A DNA stretch of 64,000 nucleotides from an uncultured delta proteobacterium (lineage in GTDB: Bacteria > Myxococcota_A > Polyangia > Polyangiales > B10-G4): NCBI GenBank assembly GCA_963727445.1, contig CAVSGI010000020.1, forward strand, positions 384,001-448,000. Direction: 5' to 3'. Shown here one piece after another: positions 1 to 9,303 of this stretch. The position numbers were made by a program, and so were the translations under genes. The notes below the pieces were generated by a model, which was not told where the DNA came from, ran no database searches, and saw only the letters and a program-made list of their open reading frames with translations. Every line of letters starts with the position of its first letter. Within the stretch, counting starts at the first letter, position 1.

Positions 1-2
1 CC

Positions 3-509
3 TGGCGCTTCTCCTTCGACCGCGCGACGGGCGAGCTCTACATCGCCGACGTCGGCCAGGGTGAGTGGGAGGAGGTCGACGTTCAGCCGGCGTCCAGCAG
101 CGGCGGCGAGAACTATGGCTGGCGGGCGTACGAGGGCTTCGAGCTCAGCAGCGTGAGCGGCTGTGACGCCAGCGGTGCCGGTTCGGTCACCCAGACCGAG
201 CCGGTCCTCGCCTACGCGCACATGTCCTCGACCGAGACCCTCCGCGGCGCCTGCTCCATCACGGGCGGCTACGTCTACCGCGGCAGCGCCATCCCCGAGC
301 TACGGGGCGTCTACCTCTACGGCGACTACTGCAGCAACGACATCGGCGCCTTCCGCTACTGCGAGGGCTCGGTGATGGGCGACCAGCGCGTGAGCGATCT
401 GCGCTCGACGGGCGGCGGCATCTCGAGCTTCGGCGAGGACAACGCGGGCGAGCTCTACATGACGTTCCTCGGTAGCGATCAGGTCTTCAAGATCGTCCCC
501 GCCCCCTGA
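3..509 (+). CDS. PQQ-dependent glucose/sorbosone dehydrogenase family (beta-propeller), C-terminal part; truncated by the window start
   Basis: Frame open from base 3: WRFSFDRATGELYIADVGQGEWEEVD..NYGW..EG..SITGGYVYRG..YLYGDYC..ISSFGEDNAGELY, typical GSDH motifs. Confidence 0.9.
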   Translation, partial: WRFSFDRATGELYIADVGQGEWEEVDVQPASSSGGENYGWRAYEGFELSSVSGCDASGAGSVTQTEPVLAYAHMSSTETLRGACSITGGYVYRGSAIPELRGVYLYGDYCSNDIGAFRYCEGSVMGDQRVSDLRSTGGGISSFGEDNAGELYMTFLGSDQVFKIVPAP

Positions 510-2341
510 TGGCACGGCCCGGCAGCAAGATGGCGGCGATCCTCGCGGTCGCCCTGTTCGCGGCGATCGGCCACGCGCCGACGGCCGCGGCGCAGATCTT
601 CCAGCCGGGCTCTCAGCCGATGGGGGACGACGGCGGCGTCACGACGCCGATCCAGACCTCCGAGACCTGCGCTCGCTGTCACGCGCTCTACGACCCCGCC
701 GACGACTACGAGCCGTGGGATGGGTGGCGGGGCGCGATGATGGCGAACGCGGGCCGCGACCCGATCTTCCTCGCGGCCCTCGCCATCGCCGAGGTCGACA
801 ACCCCGACGCTCCGGATTTCTGCGTGCGGTGTCATTCGATGCCGGCGTGGCTGCGCGGCCGCTCGTCGCTGCCGGAGTGGTCCGAGGCGGACGGGCCGCG
901 CTTCCTGGCCGACGACGACGGCTTCCCTTCGGACGACTACGACGGTGTGGCGTGCATGGTCTGTCACCGCGCCACCGACGACGTCGCCTCCGATCCCATG
1001 GCGCCGTATCAGCAGAACGCGCAGATCTACTTCTACGACGGACCGGGCGAGGGTGCGTATCGCGCAGGGCCCTACGAGTACCTGCCGGGCGGCGGGCCCA
1101 CCCACCCCACCACCCTCAGCACCTTCCTTCCCACCGGCGGGTTCTGCGGCCAGTGCCACGACATCGTGAACCCCGTGGTGGACGGGCAGCGCGCCGACGG
1201 CACGCCCATCGGGCGCCGCTTCGCGATCGAGCGCACCTTCAGCGAGTGGCAGAACAGCGCGTTCAGCGCCCGCGGCGACACCTGTCAGGACTGCCACATG
1301 AAGCTGATGGAGACGCCGACCCGCGCCGCGAACGACGGGATGGAGCGAGACTACATGCGTCGTCACGATCTCGTGGGCTCCTCGAGCTGGGTGCTTCGCG
1401 CCCTCGCCACCACCGTCCCCGACACCGACGGCGACTGGAAAGCGGCGCTGATGCGAAGCGCCGACAAGGCCGAGGCGTTCCTCACCGAGGCCGCGGAGCT
1501 CGCCGTGAGCGACGTCTCCCTGGACGCGGAGATGGCCCACGCCACGGTGCGCGTCACCAACCTCACCGGCCACAAGCTCCCCACCGGCTACCCGGAGGGG
1601 CGGCGCATGTGGCTCGAGGTCGCCGTCATCGACGGCACCGGCGAAGCGGTGAGCGGCTCGGGCCTCTACGACGAGGCGACGGCCGAGCTGACGCGCGACG
1701 CGCAGCTCCGCACCTACGAGGTGGAGCTGGCCGAAGGCGGGATGCAGAGCTTCCACTTCATCCTCAACGACACGGTGATGCTCGACAATCGCATCCCGCC
1801 CGAGGGCTTCGACCCCCCGGAGGATCGGGACATGGCGCCCGTGGGTCGCGACTACGGCGACGGCTCGGGCGGCTATCACCACTGGGACGAGGCGACCTTC
1901 GATCTGATGGCCTGCGGCGAAGGCGACCTGAGCTTGCGCGTGCGCCTGCTCTTTCAATCCACGACGCGCGAGTACATCGAATTCCTCCGCGACAACGCGC
2001 CCGACAGCCTCGACCCCGACGTCGGCAATCGGGGCGAGATGGCCTATCAGCTCTGGGACGAGCACGGCGGCCGCACGCCGACGGTGATGGCGGAGTCCTC
2101 CATGCCGCTCGGCGCATCGCCCGGAGCGTGCCCGGAGCCCATGCCCGACGCGGGCCCGGATGCGGGGGTCGACAGCGGCATCGACAGCGAAGTCGTCGAC
2201 AGCGGCACCATCCCGCCACCCGACGACTCGGGCTGCGGCTGCACCACACCCGCGTCGGGACGCGGCGCGGGCGTGCCGCTCTTCGCGACCGCCTTCCTAC
2301 TCCTCGTGTGGCATCGCCGCCGGTCCGCGAAGCGTCGCTGA
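509..2341 (+). CDS. Secreted pentaheme cytochrome c with MYXO-CTERM-like C-terminal anchor
   Basis: Signal peptide; five CxxCH (CARCH, CVRCH, CMVCH, CGQCH, CQDCH); GHKLPTG motif; C-terminal GCGC + hydrophobic stretch + RRR; start overlaps upstream stop (TGATG). Confidence 0.9.
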   Translation: MARPGSKMAAILAVALFAAIGHAPTAAAQIFQPGSQPMGDDGGVTTPIQTSETCARCHALYDPADDYEPWDGWRGAMMANAGRDPIFLAALAIAEVDNPDAPDFCVRCHSMPAWLRGRSSLPEWSEADGPRFLADDDGFPSDDYDGVACMVCHRATDDVASDPMAPYQQNAQIYFYDGPGEGAYRAGPYEYLPGGGPTHPTTLSTFLPTGGFCGQCHDIVNPVVDGQRADGTPIGRRFAIERTFSEWQNSAFSARGDTCQDCHMKLMETPTRAANDGMERDYMRRHDLVGSSSWVLRALATTVPDTDGDWKAALMRSADKAEAFLTEAAELAVSDVSLDAEMAHATVRVTNLTGHKLPTGYPEGRRMWLEVAVIDGTGEAVSGSGLYDEATAELTRDAQLRTYEVELAEGGMQSFHFILNDTVMLDNRIPPEGFDPPEDRDMAPVGRDYGDGSGGYHHWDEATFDLMACGEGDLSLRVRLLFQSTTREYIEFLRDNAPDSLDPDVGNRGEMAYQLWDEHGGRTPTVMAESSMPLGASPGACPEPMPDAGPDAGVDSGIDSEVVDSGTIPPPDDSGCGCTTPASGRGAGVPLFATAFLLLVWHRRRSAKRR

Positions 2342-2398
2342 GCCGCCGAACGATCCCTCGCTTGCCAGCGGCGCCCCGGCGCGGTAGGCAGCCCGGCG

Positions 2399-4250
2399 AT
2401 GGCCTCGGGCCCCACCACATATCGGGAGATCACGTTCGCCGCGGTCTTCCTGGGCATCCTCCAAGGCATCATCCTGACGGCGAGCTTCGTCTACATCGGA
2501 CTCAAGCTCGGCTTCGGCCTCACCGGCTCGTCGGTCGCGGCGATCCTGGGCTTCGCGCTCTTGCGCGGCGTGGGCCGCGGCCTTCTCAAGATCCCCGGCG
2601 CCGGGAGCATCGTCGAGAACAACATCAACCAGACGATCGCCTCCGGGATCAACACCGCGTCGAGCGGCGTCGTCTTCACCTTCCCGGCGCTGTTGCTCCT
2701 CGGCATGCAGGACGAGCTCAACGTCTGGGCGATCATCGCCGCCGGCGTCGCGGGCTCCTTCATGGGGATCATCGTGATCATCCCCTTGCGCAAGCAGCTC
2801 ATCGAGATCGAGCGCCTGCGTTTCCCCTCGGGCGTCGCCGTCGCCACCATCCTGAAGTCGCCGGGCGCCGGCGCGAAGAAGGCGTGGCTCCTCGGGCTCG
2901 GCTTCCTCGTCGGCCTGCTCCTCACCCTCGCCACCAACTCCGACGTGGCTCAGGTGCTCACAGGTGACGACGAGCGCACCCTCGGCCTCATCCCCGAGAC
3001 CCTCAACATCGGCGCGTCGATCCTCGGCATCTTCGGGATGGAGATGAAGGGCGCCGCGGGGCTGGCCCTCGGCGGCACCGCGCTCTCGCTCTCCATGGCC
3101 AACTTCGGCGCCGGGCTCCTCTCCGGCAAGGGCGGTCTGCCCTTCGCCCTCGGCGGCGTCCTCGCCTGGTGGGTGATCGGCCCCTTCGTGGTGAGCCAGG
3201 GATGGGCGCCGCCGGGTCTCGAGGGCGAGGATCTCGGTCTGGGGCGTCTACGGCGCGATGCTGCGCCCGGTGGGGATCGGGATCCTGATCGGCGGCGCGC
3301 TCGCGGGGGTGGTCGCCGCGTTCCCGGCGCTCAAGGGCGCCATCAAGAGCCTTCAGTCGGCGGCGAAGCTCGCCAAGCAGGGCGGCCAGGCCGAGGAGCT
3401 CTCGCCGACGGTGCTGGTGGTCGGCCTCATCGGCTCTTTCGTGGCGCTCTTCGCCGTCGCTTACGTCGAGGGCATGGCGGGCGATGACCCGATCGGCTTC
3501 GGCACGGTGATCTCCGTCGCGGTGGTCGGCACTCTGTGGCTCGCGCTCGCTGGCCTCATCGTGGCCCAGGCGACCGGGGCCACCGACATCTCGCCGCTCT
3601 CCGGCCTCGCGCTCATCGCCGTGACGCTCATGCTCGGGCTCACCGGCGGCCACGTGATCCTCGCCGTCACGGTGGGCGTCGCGGTCTGCATCGCCACCGG
3701 GCAGTGCGGGGACATGATGCACGACCTCAAGACCGGTCACCTGATCGGCGGCGTGCCGCGCAAGCAGCAGCTCGCGCAGTTCGCGGTGGCGTGGATCGGC
3801 CCGGCGATCGCCATCGGCGTCACCATGCTCTTGTGGCAAAACGGACCGGGCGGGATGAACGGGTTCGGCCCGGAGTCGCCCGCCTGCATGGACGACAGCA
3901 TCCCCGGCTGTCTCCCTGCGCCGCAGGCCGGCGTGCTCCAGGGCATGATCAACGGCGTGCTCGAGGGCAACGCCCCCGTCGACAAGTACATCGCGGGCGC
4001 GGCCATCGGTGGTGGCCTGGCGCTCTTCCCCATCGGCGGCCTCGGCGTGCTGATCGGTCTCGCGATGTATCTGCCCTTCGAGATCACGCTGGGCTACGGC
4101 CTGGGCTGCCTCACCACGATGCTCGTCGAGCGAGTGAAGGGCTTCCGCTACGTGGGTGACGTCGTGGTGCCGGTCGCCGCCGGGTTGATCGTCGGCGAGG
4201 CGCTCACGAATCTCACCATCACGATGATCAAGCTCGGGGGCGGCTCGTGA
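2399..4250 (+). CDS. OPT/YSL family oligopeptide transporter, with one apparent frameshift near 3236-3241
   Basis: REIT..YIGLKLG..ENNINQTIAS..LRFPSGVA in ORF 2399; DMMHDLKTGHLIG..PRKQQ..LPAPQA in ORF 3258; removing one base near 3238 joins them. Confidence 0.85.
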
Positions 4251-4852
4251 AGCAGGTCGCCTTCTGGGTGTTCGTCGCCGGCGTCATCATCGCGGGTTGC
4301 TACGCCGCGAAGCTCGCGCCGATCGAGGCGGGCGAGGGCTCGGGGCCCGAGGGCGCCGTGACCATCGGCGATCGCGTCGGCTCGTGGTGGGACGGGGCGG
4401 GCATCCCTTTCAGCGTCGGGGTGCTGCTCATGGTCGGCGGCGGGATCCTCGGGCGCCGCATCGAGAAGCTGGACAACGCGCCCCCGGACGCGTCGGCCGA
4501 CGCGGCCACCAAGCCCAAGGGCAGCCCTTCCTCGGTCCTCGACGAGATCAGCGAAGCCCTCGAGGCGCTGCCGGCGGGCCACCTCGCGAAGTCGGTCGAG
4601 GACGCGCGGGACGGCCTCGACAGGGTCCTCGAGGAGCTGGTGCCCCGCTTCCTCAATCACCGGCCGCGGATGATCGCGGAGATGGGCCTCGAGCACTTCG
4701 CCGAGATGATCGGTCATTTCGCGTCCCTGGAGCGGAACGCGGCGCGGGCCTGGAGCGCGCTCACGGACGGGGTCCCCTCCGAGGCCGAAGTGGCCCTGGA
4801 GCGGGCGAAAATGGCCCTCTCGAGCGCAAAAAAGGCGCTCTCCTCCGGATAA
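4247..4852 (+). CDS. Hypothetical membrane protein (2 TM plus helical C-terminal domain), coupled to the OPT gene
   Basis: GTGA overlap with OPT stop; two hydrophobic segments; typical codon usage. Confidence 0.75.
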   Translation: MKQVAFWVFVAGVIIAGCYAAKLAPIEAGEGSGPEGAVTIGDRVGSWWDGAGIPFSVGVLLMVGGGILGRRIEKLDNAPPDASADAATKPKGSPSSVLDEISEALEALPAGHLAKSVEDARDGLDRVLEELVPRFLNHRPRMIAEMGLEHFAEMIGHFASLERNAARAWSALTDGVPSEAEVALERAKMALSSAKKALSSG

Positions 4853-4915
4853 AGCTCACTCGGCGCAGGCGCGTCCTTGTGAACCCTCGCCTCCTTCGTG
4901 CTACCCCTCGCCCCG

Positions 4916-5884
4916 ATGAAGGCGCCGAGAGGAAAGCAGTCGGGGCTTCTCCGCTTCTCTGCGGACGTGCGGCCCCTCGGGTTCAACGCGATCTACTTCG
5001 GCCTGTTGGCCCTGCTGTGGGTCCAGGACCATTTCGTGTGGTGGCAGGTGCCGGTCTTCGCGGCCCTCTGCGTCACCTCTTTCCAGGGCGCGGTGCAGAC
5101 CCACAACGCGATCCACTCGCCGGTCTTCCGCGTGAAGTGGCTGAACAAGATCTACCAGGTGGTGCTCACGCTGATCTACGGCCACCCCGTCTCGAGCTAC
5201 GTCCCAGGCCACAACCTCAGCCATCACAAGCACACCCAGTCGCGGCGTGACGTGATGCGCACCACCAAGGTGCGCTTCAAGCACAACCTCCTGAACGGCA
5301 TCTTCTTCATGCTCTCGGTGGTGCCGTCGATCATGCGCGCCGACGCCGTCTACTCGAAGACGATGTACAAGCGGCACCCCAAGTGGTTCCGGCAGCTCCT
5401 CTTCGAGCTCGTGAGCCTGATGGCCGTGACCGTCGCGCTCTTCGTCTTCGACTGGCAGAGGGCCCTGGTGCTCTGGATCGTCCCGCACCTCTACGCCCAG
5501 TGGGGCATCGTCTCGATGAACACCCTGCAGCACGACGGCTGCGACGGCGAGAGCGAGTGGAACCACTCGCGCAACTTCATGGGCAAGCTCGTCAACTGGT
5601 GGGTCTTCAACAACGGCTTCCACTCCATCCACCACGACATCCCCGGCCTGCACTGGAGCCTCGCCCCCGAGGCGCACCGTGAGCGCTACACCGGCAAGAT
5701 CCACCCGAACCTCGAGCAGAAGAGCCTCCTCGGCTACATCTGGTACACGTTCTTCCTGAACCACCGCGAGACCTACGACGGCCAGCCCTACCTCCCGCCG
5801 CCCGAAGGCCCCGACGAAGACTGGCTCCCCCAGCCCGAAGACACACCGGACGACCTCGGTGCGGAAGCGTACGTGGCGCCCTGA
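4916..5884 (+). CDS. Fatty acid desaturase family protein
   Basis: Three His boxes HNAIH, HNLSHH, HSIHH plus TM segments. Confidence 0.92.
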   Translation: MKAPRGKQSGLLRFSADVRPLGFNAIYFGLLALLWVQDHFVWWQVPVFAALCVTSFQGAVQTHNAIHSPVFRVKWLNKIYQVVLTLIYGHPVSSYVPGHNLSHHKHTQSRRDVMRTTKVRFKHNLLNGIFFMLSVVPSIMRADAVYSKTMYKRHPKWFRQLLFELVSLMAVTVALFVFDWQRALVLWIVPHLYAQWGIVSMNTLQHDGCDGESEWNHSRNFMGKLVNWWVFNNGFHSIHHDIPGLHWSLAPEAHRERYTGKIHPNLEQKSLLGYIWYTFFLNHRETYDGQPYLPPPEGPDEDWLPQPEDTPDDLGAEAYVAP

Positions 5885-5908
5885 CGGGACGGGGCCAGGA
5901 CGTCAGGG

Positions 5909-6034
5909 TCACTCGGGGTAGTCGACGACGATCGATTCGCGGTCGCCGAGCCAGCGCCAGCGTGCGTGCATCTTCGCGAGCGCCTCGCGCACGCGGTCGT
6001 GCTTGCCGACGGTGCGCACGAAGGTGACCCGCAT
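5909..6034 (-). pseudogene. 41-aa mini-ORF, possibly an internally deleted gene remnant
   Basis: ATG 6034 just after the VWA gene stop; MRVTFVRTVGKHDRVREALAKMHARWRWLGDRESIVVDYPE; fills the gap between convergent genes. Confidence 0.4.
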
Positions 6035-6042
6035 CGACGCGC

Positions 6043-6981
6043 TCAGATCAAGCAGCCGCAGCAGACGTCGCCCGCGGCCTGCTCGAGCGCGTCCGTGAGG
6101 GCAGCGCCGTCGCCGGCCGCGAGGAAGAGGTCCGGGCCGGAGCCCGCTGCACGCATCCGTCCCATCCCGTCCGGCGCGCAGTTCGTCGCGGGATCGGGCG
6201 CGGTGCCGCCCGCGCAGGCCGCATCGTTGAGGGTCGGGCGGTCGACCCCGGTGCCCGAGGCGTCGAAGCCGATCACGTAGGTGCCGATGCCGGCAGCGGT
6301 CAGCGCGTCGACGAAGGGGAGCGGGTCTTCGCAGGTGTCCTGTCCGTCGGTGATGAGCACGACGTACTGCGGGCGGCCGGCGACCGCCACGGACATCAGG
6401 CCGGTGCGGGCGGTGTCCAGACCGGCGCCGATGGGGGTGCTCTTGCAGAGCTCGGTGGTCTCGACATCGATCGCCGCGTCGATGGCGCCGCTGGTGCCGA
6501 GGTTCGGAGGCACCAGCACCTCGCCCTCTTCGCAGTCGGGGTTGTCGGCGGTCGTCCCGGCGATGCGCTGCGCCAGCGTCACGCACACCCCGGGCGCCGG
6601 CAGCCTCGGGAAGAGCTCGAGGCCGAAGCGTACGGTGGTGTCGAGAGCCGAGGTGAAGCTCTCGATGGCGGTCACCGCGATGGCCCACTTCGACAGCGAG
6701 TGATCGCTGGCGGGTGCGGGGTCGCCGTTGGGCTGGCGGTGCATGCTCATGGTGCGGTCGAGCACGATCAGCATGTCGGGCGGGTCGCAGCCGTCGCCGG
6801 AGTCGCCGCCGCTCCCGTCGCCGCCGCTCCCATCGCGCGCCCCACCGCTGTCGGCGGTGGCGTCGCCCCCGCCATCTCCCGAGCTCGCATCCCCCCGCCC
6901 GGTCCCGGTGGGATCCGAGCCGCAGTCGCAAGCCGCCAGGGTGGTCATCAGGAGCACAGCCGCGAGGCGTCGCGTCGCCAT
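6043..6981 (-). CDS. VWA-domain lipoprotein (CglB-like myxobacterial family)
   Basis: Lipobox LAAC; Gly/Asp linker; IVLDRTMSM (MIDAS-like), STPIG, VVLITDG; Cys pairs. Confidence 0.85.
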   Translation of the reverse strand: MATRRLAAVLLMTTLAACDCGSDPTGTGRGDASSGDGGGDATADSGGARDGSGGDGSGGDSGDGCDPPDMLIVLDRTMSMHRQPNGDPAPASDHSLSKWAIAVTAIESFTSALDTTVRFGLELFPRLPAPGVCVTLAQRIAGTTADNPDCEEGEVLVPPNLGTSGAIDAAIDVETTELCKSTPIGAGLDTARTGLMSVAVAGRPQYVVLITDGQDTCEDPLPFVDALTAAGIGTYVIGFDASGTGVDRPTLNDAACAGGTAPDPATNCAPDGMGRMRAAGSGPDLFLAAGDGAALTDALEQAAGDVCCGCLI

Positions 6982-6999
6982 GGGCTCAGTGTAGCGGAC

Positions 7000-7791
7000 T
7001 CACGGCGCGACGGTGAGCACGAAGCGGCGCTCGATGATCGCGTCACCGCGCTGCGCCACCACGTTCACCACGTGATCGCCCACCTGCGAGACGTGGGGCG
7101 TCCAGTCGAGGATGCCCGCGGCGTCGATCGTCAGGCCGCCGGGCGCGCTGGTGGTGGAGTAATCGACGGTGCCGACGCCAGGGATCCGCGCGTGCGCGTC
7201 CCAGCGCCACGGCACGTCGACCCGCGCCGTCAGCATCGGCTCGGTCTCGAAATCGGCGCCGGCAAGGATTTCGAAATCAGCCACGCCGTACTCCGCGCCT
7301 CCGTCGTGAGTGGCGAGCACCGCGATGCGCACGGCGCTCGCGACCCGCGGCGTCAGCTCGACATCCTCGTAGAAGGGCCCCATGTCGACCACCGCTTCCC
7401 CCGCGAGGGCGTCACAGCCCGCGTCGTCACCCAGGAAGACCTGGTAACGAGAGATGGCGCCGCCGCTCGCCGCGGGGTGATGTCGCACGCCGCGGACGTC
7501 GATCGGCTCGCTCAAAGAGAGGAGCACGTCCTCGGGAAGCGTCCCGCGGTGCTCGGTGCCGAGGTCGCCGTCCGCCGCCTCCGGCGGGCTCGCGACCCAC
7601 AGGCTCGGGTCGAGCAGGACCGTGAGTGTATCGTCGGGCAGCGGGTGGGACGCGTCCCATGCCGCCAGCTGCGCGTCACAGGCCTCGCTCGGGCCCGAGT
7701 CCCCAGGAGGGAGCGTCGTTGGCTCCCCGCAGCCGATCACGACGAGCACGACGAGATGGAGCGACGAGGACGGGCGCACCGGTGCCTGCAC
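7000..7791 (-). CDS. Lipoprotein with C-terminal Ig-like (He_PIG-type) domain
   Basis: VIGC lipobox; APGGLTIDAAGILDWTP..VGDHVVNVVA is typical of putative Ig domains; start uncertain. Confidence 0.65.
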   Translation of the reverse strand: MQAPVRPSSSLHLVVLVVIGCGEPTTLPPGDSGPSEACDAQLAAWDASHPLPDDTLTVLLDPSLWVASPPEAADGDLGTEHRGTLPEDVLLSLSEPIDVRGVRHHPAASGGAISRYQVFLGDDAGCDALAGEAVVDMGPFYEDVELTPRVASAVRIAVLATHDGGAEYGVADFEILAGADFETEPMLTARVDVPWRWDAHARIPGVGTVDYSTTSAPGGLTIDAAGILDWTPHVSQVGDHVVNVVAQRGDAIIERRFVLTVAP

Positions 7792-7827
7792 TACCCGAGA
7801 GTATGCCCTACCTCTACACTGCCGCCG

Positions 7828-9303
7828 ATGGCCGATTCCGAGAGCAAAGAGAACCGGCGCCTGATGACGGTGCTATTGGGGCTGCTTTCGATCCCCCTCG
7901 TTCTCTTCACCGTCACGCTCATCGCGGGCGCGCTCAGCCCGCGCGAACATACCGTCAGCGAAAGCGCGCCCATCGATGCGTCGCCCGAGCAGGTCTACCA
8001 GGCGATCTCCGACATTGGCTTCTACCCCGAGTGGCGGAGAGACCTCGAAGGGGTCGAGGTGCTGGACCGCGGAGAGCATCCGCGCTGGCGTGAGCGCGCC
8101 GACGGTCAGGAGACCACCTACGAAGTGGTCGAGTCCGAGCCTCCCGCGCGCCTCGTCACTCGCATCGCCGACGAGGAGCTGCCCTGGGGCGGCACCTGGA
8201 CCTACACCCTCTCCCCCGAGGGCAGCGGGACCGAGATCACCATCCGCGAAGATGGCTGGGTCGACAACCTGGTGTTCCGCGGCATCGCGCGCTTCGTCTT
8301 CGGATACGAAAGGACGATTCGGGAGTATCTGGAGGATCTCTCGGAGTACGCTCCGTCGGTGACCGTCCCTCCGCCTGCCCCGGAACCCGAAGGTCGCGAA
8401 ATCGACCTTCAGGGCCATCGCGGCGCCCGCGGGCTCGCGCCCGAGAACACGCTCGCCGGCTTCCGCCGTGCGCTCGCGGTCGGCGTCACCACCCTCGAGA
8501 TGGATCTCGCCCTCACCGCCGACGGCGTCGTCGTCGTTCATCACGACGAGCGTTTGAACCCCGACACCACCCGCGACGCGGACGGCGCCTTCATCGACCC
8601 CTCCCGCTCGGTGCCGATCCGATCGCTGACCTACGAGCAGCTCTCGGTTTTCGACGTGGGCCGCCTGAGGCCGGGCTCCGAATACGCTGCGCGCTTCGTC
8701 GATCAGGAGCCCGTCGACGGTGAGCACATCCCGACCCTCGCCGAGGTGTTGGCCCTGGCGGAAGAGGTGAGCGGCGGGACCATCCGCTACAACCTCGAGA
8801 TCAAGCGCACGCCCACGTCGCCCGAAGACACCGCGGAGCCGGCGACCTTCGTTCAGGCCGTCCTCGAGGTCGTCCGCGGCGCGGGCACCACGGATCGCAC
8901 CACCTTCCAGTCCTTCGACTTCGCCTGCATCGACGCGCTCTTTGCCGTCGATGACGGGCTCGAGCTCGCGTGTCTGACGAGCCTCGAGGTGGACGATCCG
9001 CTGCCGTGGCTCGGCGGTCGCAACCTCGACGACTTCGAGGGGTCGCTGGTCCGCCTGGTCGGGAGCGTCCCCTGCCAGACGTGGTCGCCGCGCTTCGCGG
9101 ACCTCGACGCGACGCTGGTCCGCGAGGCGCACGACTTCCACCTGCGTGTGGTCCCCTGGACCATCAACGAGCCGGAGGCGATCGCGCAGGCGTACGACAT
9201 GGGGGTCGACGGGATCATCTCGGACCGCCCCGAGCGGGTGCGGGACTTCCTCCTGACGCGCTCGGCCCCGCTTCCGCCCTCGCTCAGCGCAGCGTCACGT
9301 TGA
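7828..9303 (+). CDS. Membrane-anchored SRPBCC (START-like) domain fused to glycerophosphodiester phosphodiesterase
   Basis: N-terminal TM; IDASPEQVYQAISD..YPEWR (SRPBCC); QGHRGARGLAPENTL..EMD..HHD, NLEIK, PWTIN, GIISDRP (GDPD). Confidence 0.88.
   Translation: MADSESKENRRLMTVLLGLLSIPLVLFTVTLIAGALSPREHTVSESAPIDASPEQVYQAISDIGFYPEWRRDLEGVEVLDRGEHPRWRERADGQETTYEVVESEPPARLVTRIADEELPWGGTWTYTLSPEGSGTEITIREDGWVDNLVFRGIARFVFGYERTIREYLEDLSEYAPSVTVPPPAPEPEGREIDLQGHRGARGLAPENTLAGFRRALAVGVTTLEMDLALTADGVVVVHHDERLNPDTTRDADGAFIDPSRSVPIRSLTYEQLSVFDVGRLRPGSEYAARFVDQEPVDGEHIPTLAEVLALAEEVSGGTIRYNLEIKRTPTSPEDTAEPATFVQAVLEVVRGAGTTDRTTFQSFDFACIDALFAVDDGLELACLTSLEVDDPLPWLGGRNLDDFEGSLVRLVGSVPCQTWSPRFADLDATLVREAHDFHLRVVPWTINEPEAIAQAYDMGVDGIISDRPERVRDFLLTRSAPLPPSLSAASR

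Noticed and set aside
479..2967. Long alternative-frame and antisense ORFs (479-2065, 715-2967; likewise 27572-29512, 32745-35012, 39346-41190)
   Set aside because: Shadow ORFs expected at high GC3; they overlap well-supported genes and have Arg/Pro-rich or motif-free translations
3230..3260. Programmed frameshift in the OPT gene
   Set aside because: No slippery sequence, and other indel-like breaks in the window point to sequencing error
6790..6880. CCGTCGCCGCCGCTC repeats
   Set aside because: They encode the Gly/Asp/Ser linker of the VWA lipoprotein
6700..7827. N-terminal extension of the 867-aa ORF
   Set aside because: Antisense to two lipoprotein genes; the real start is ATG 7828 with a -10 box 7 nt upstream
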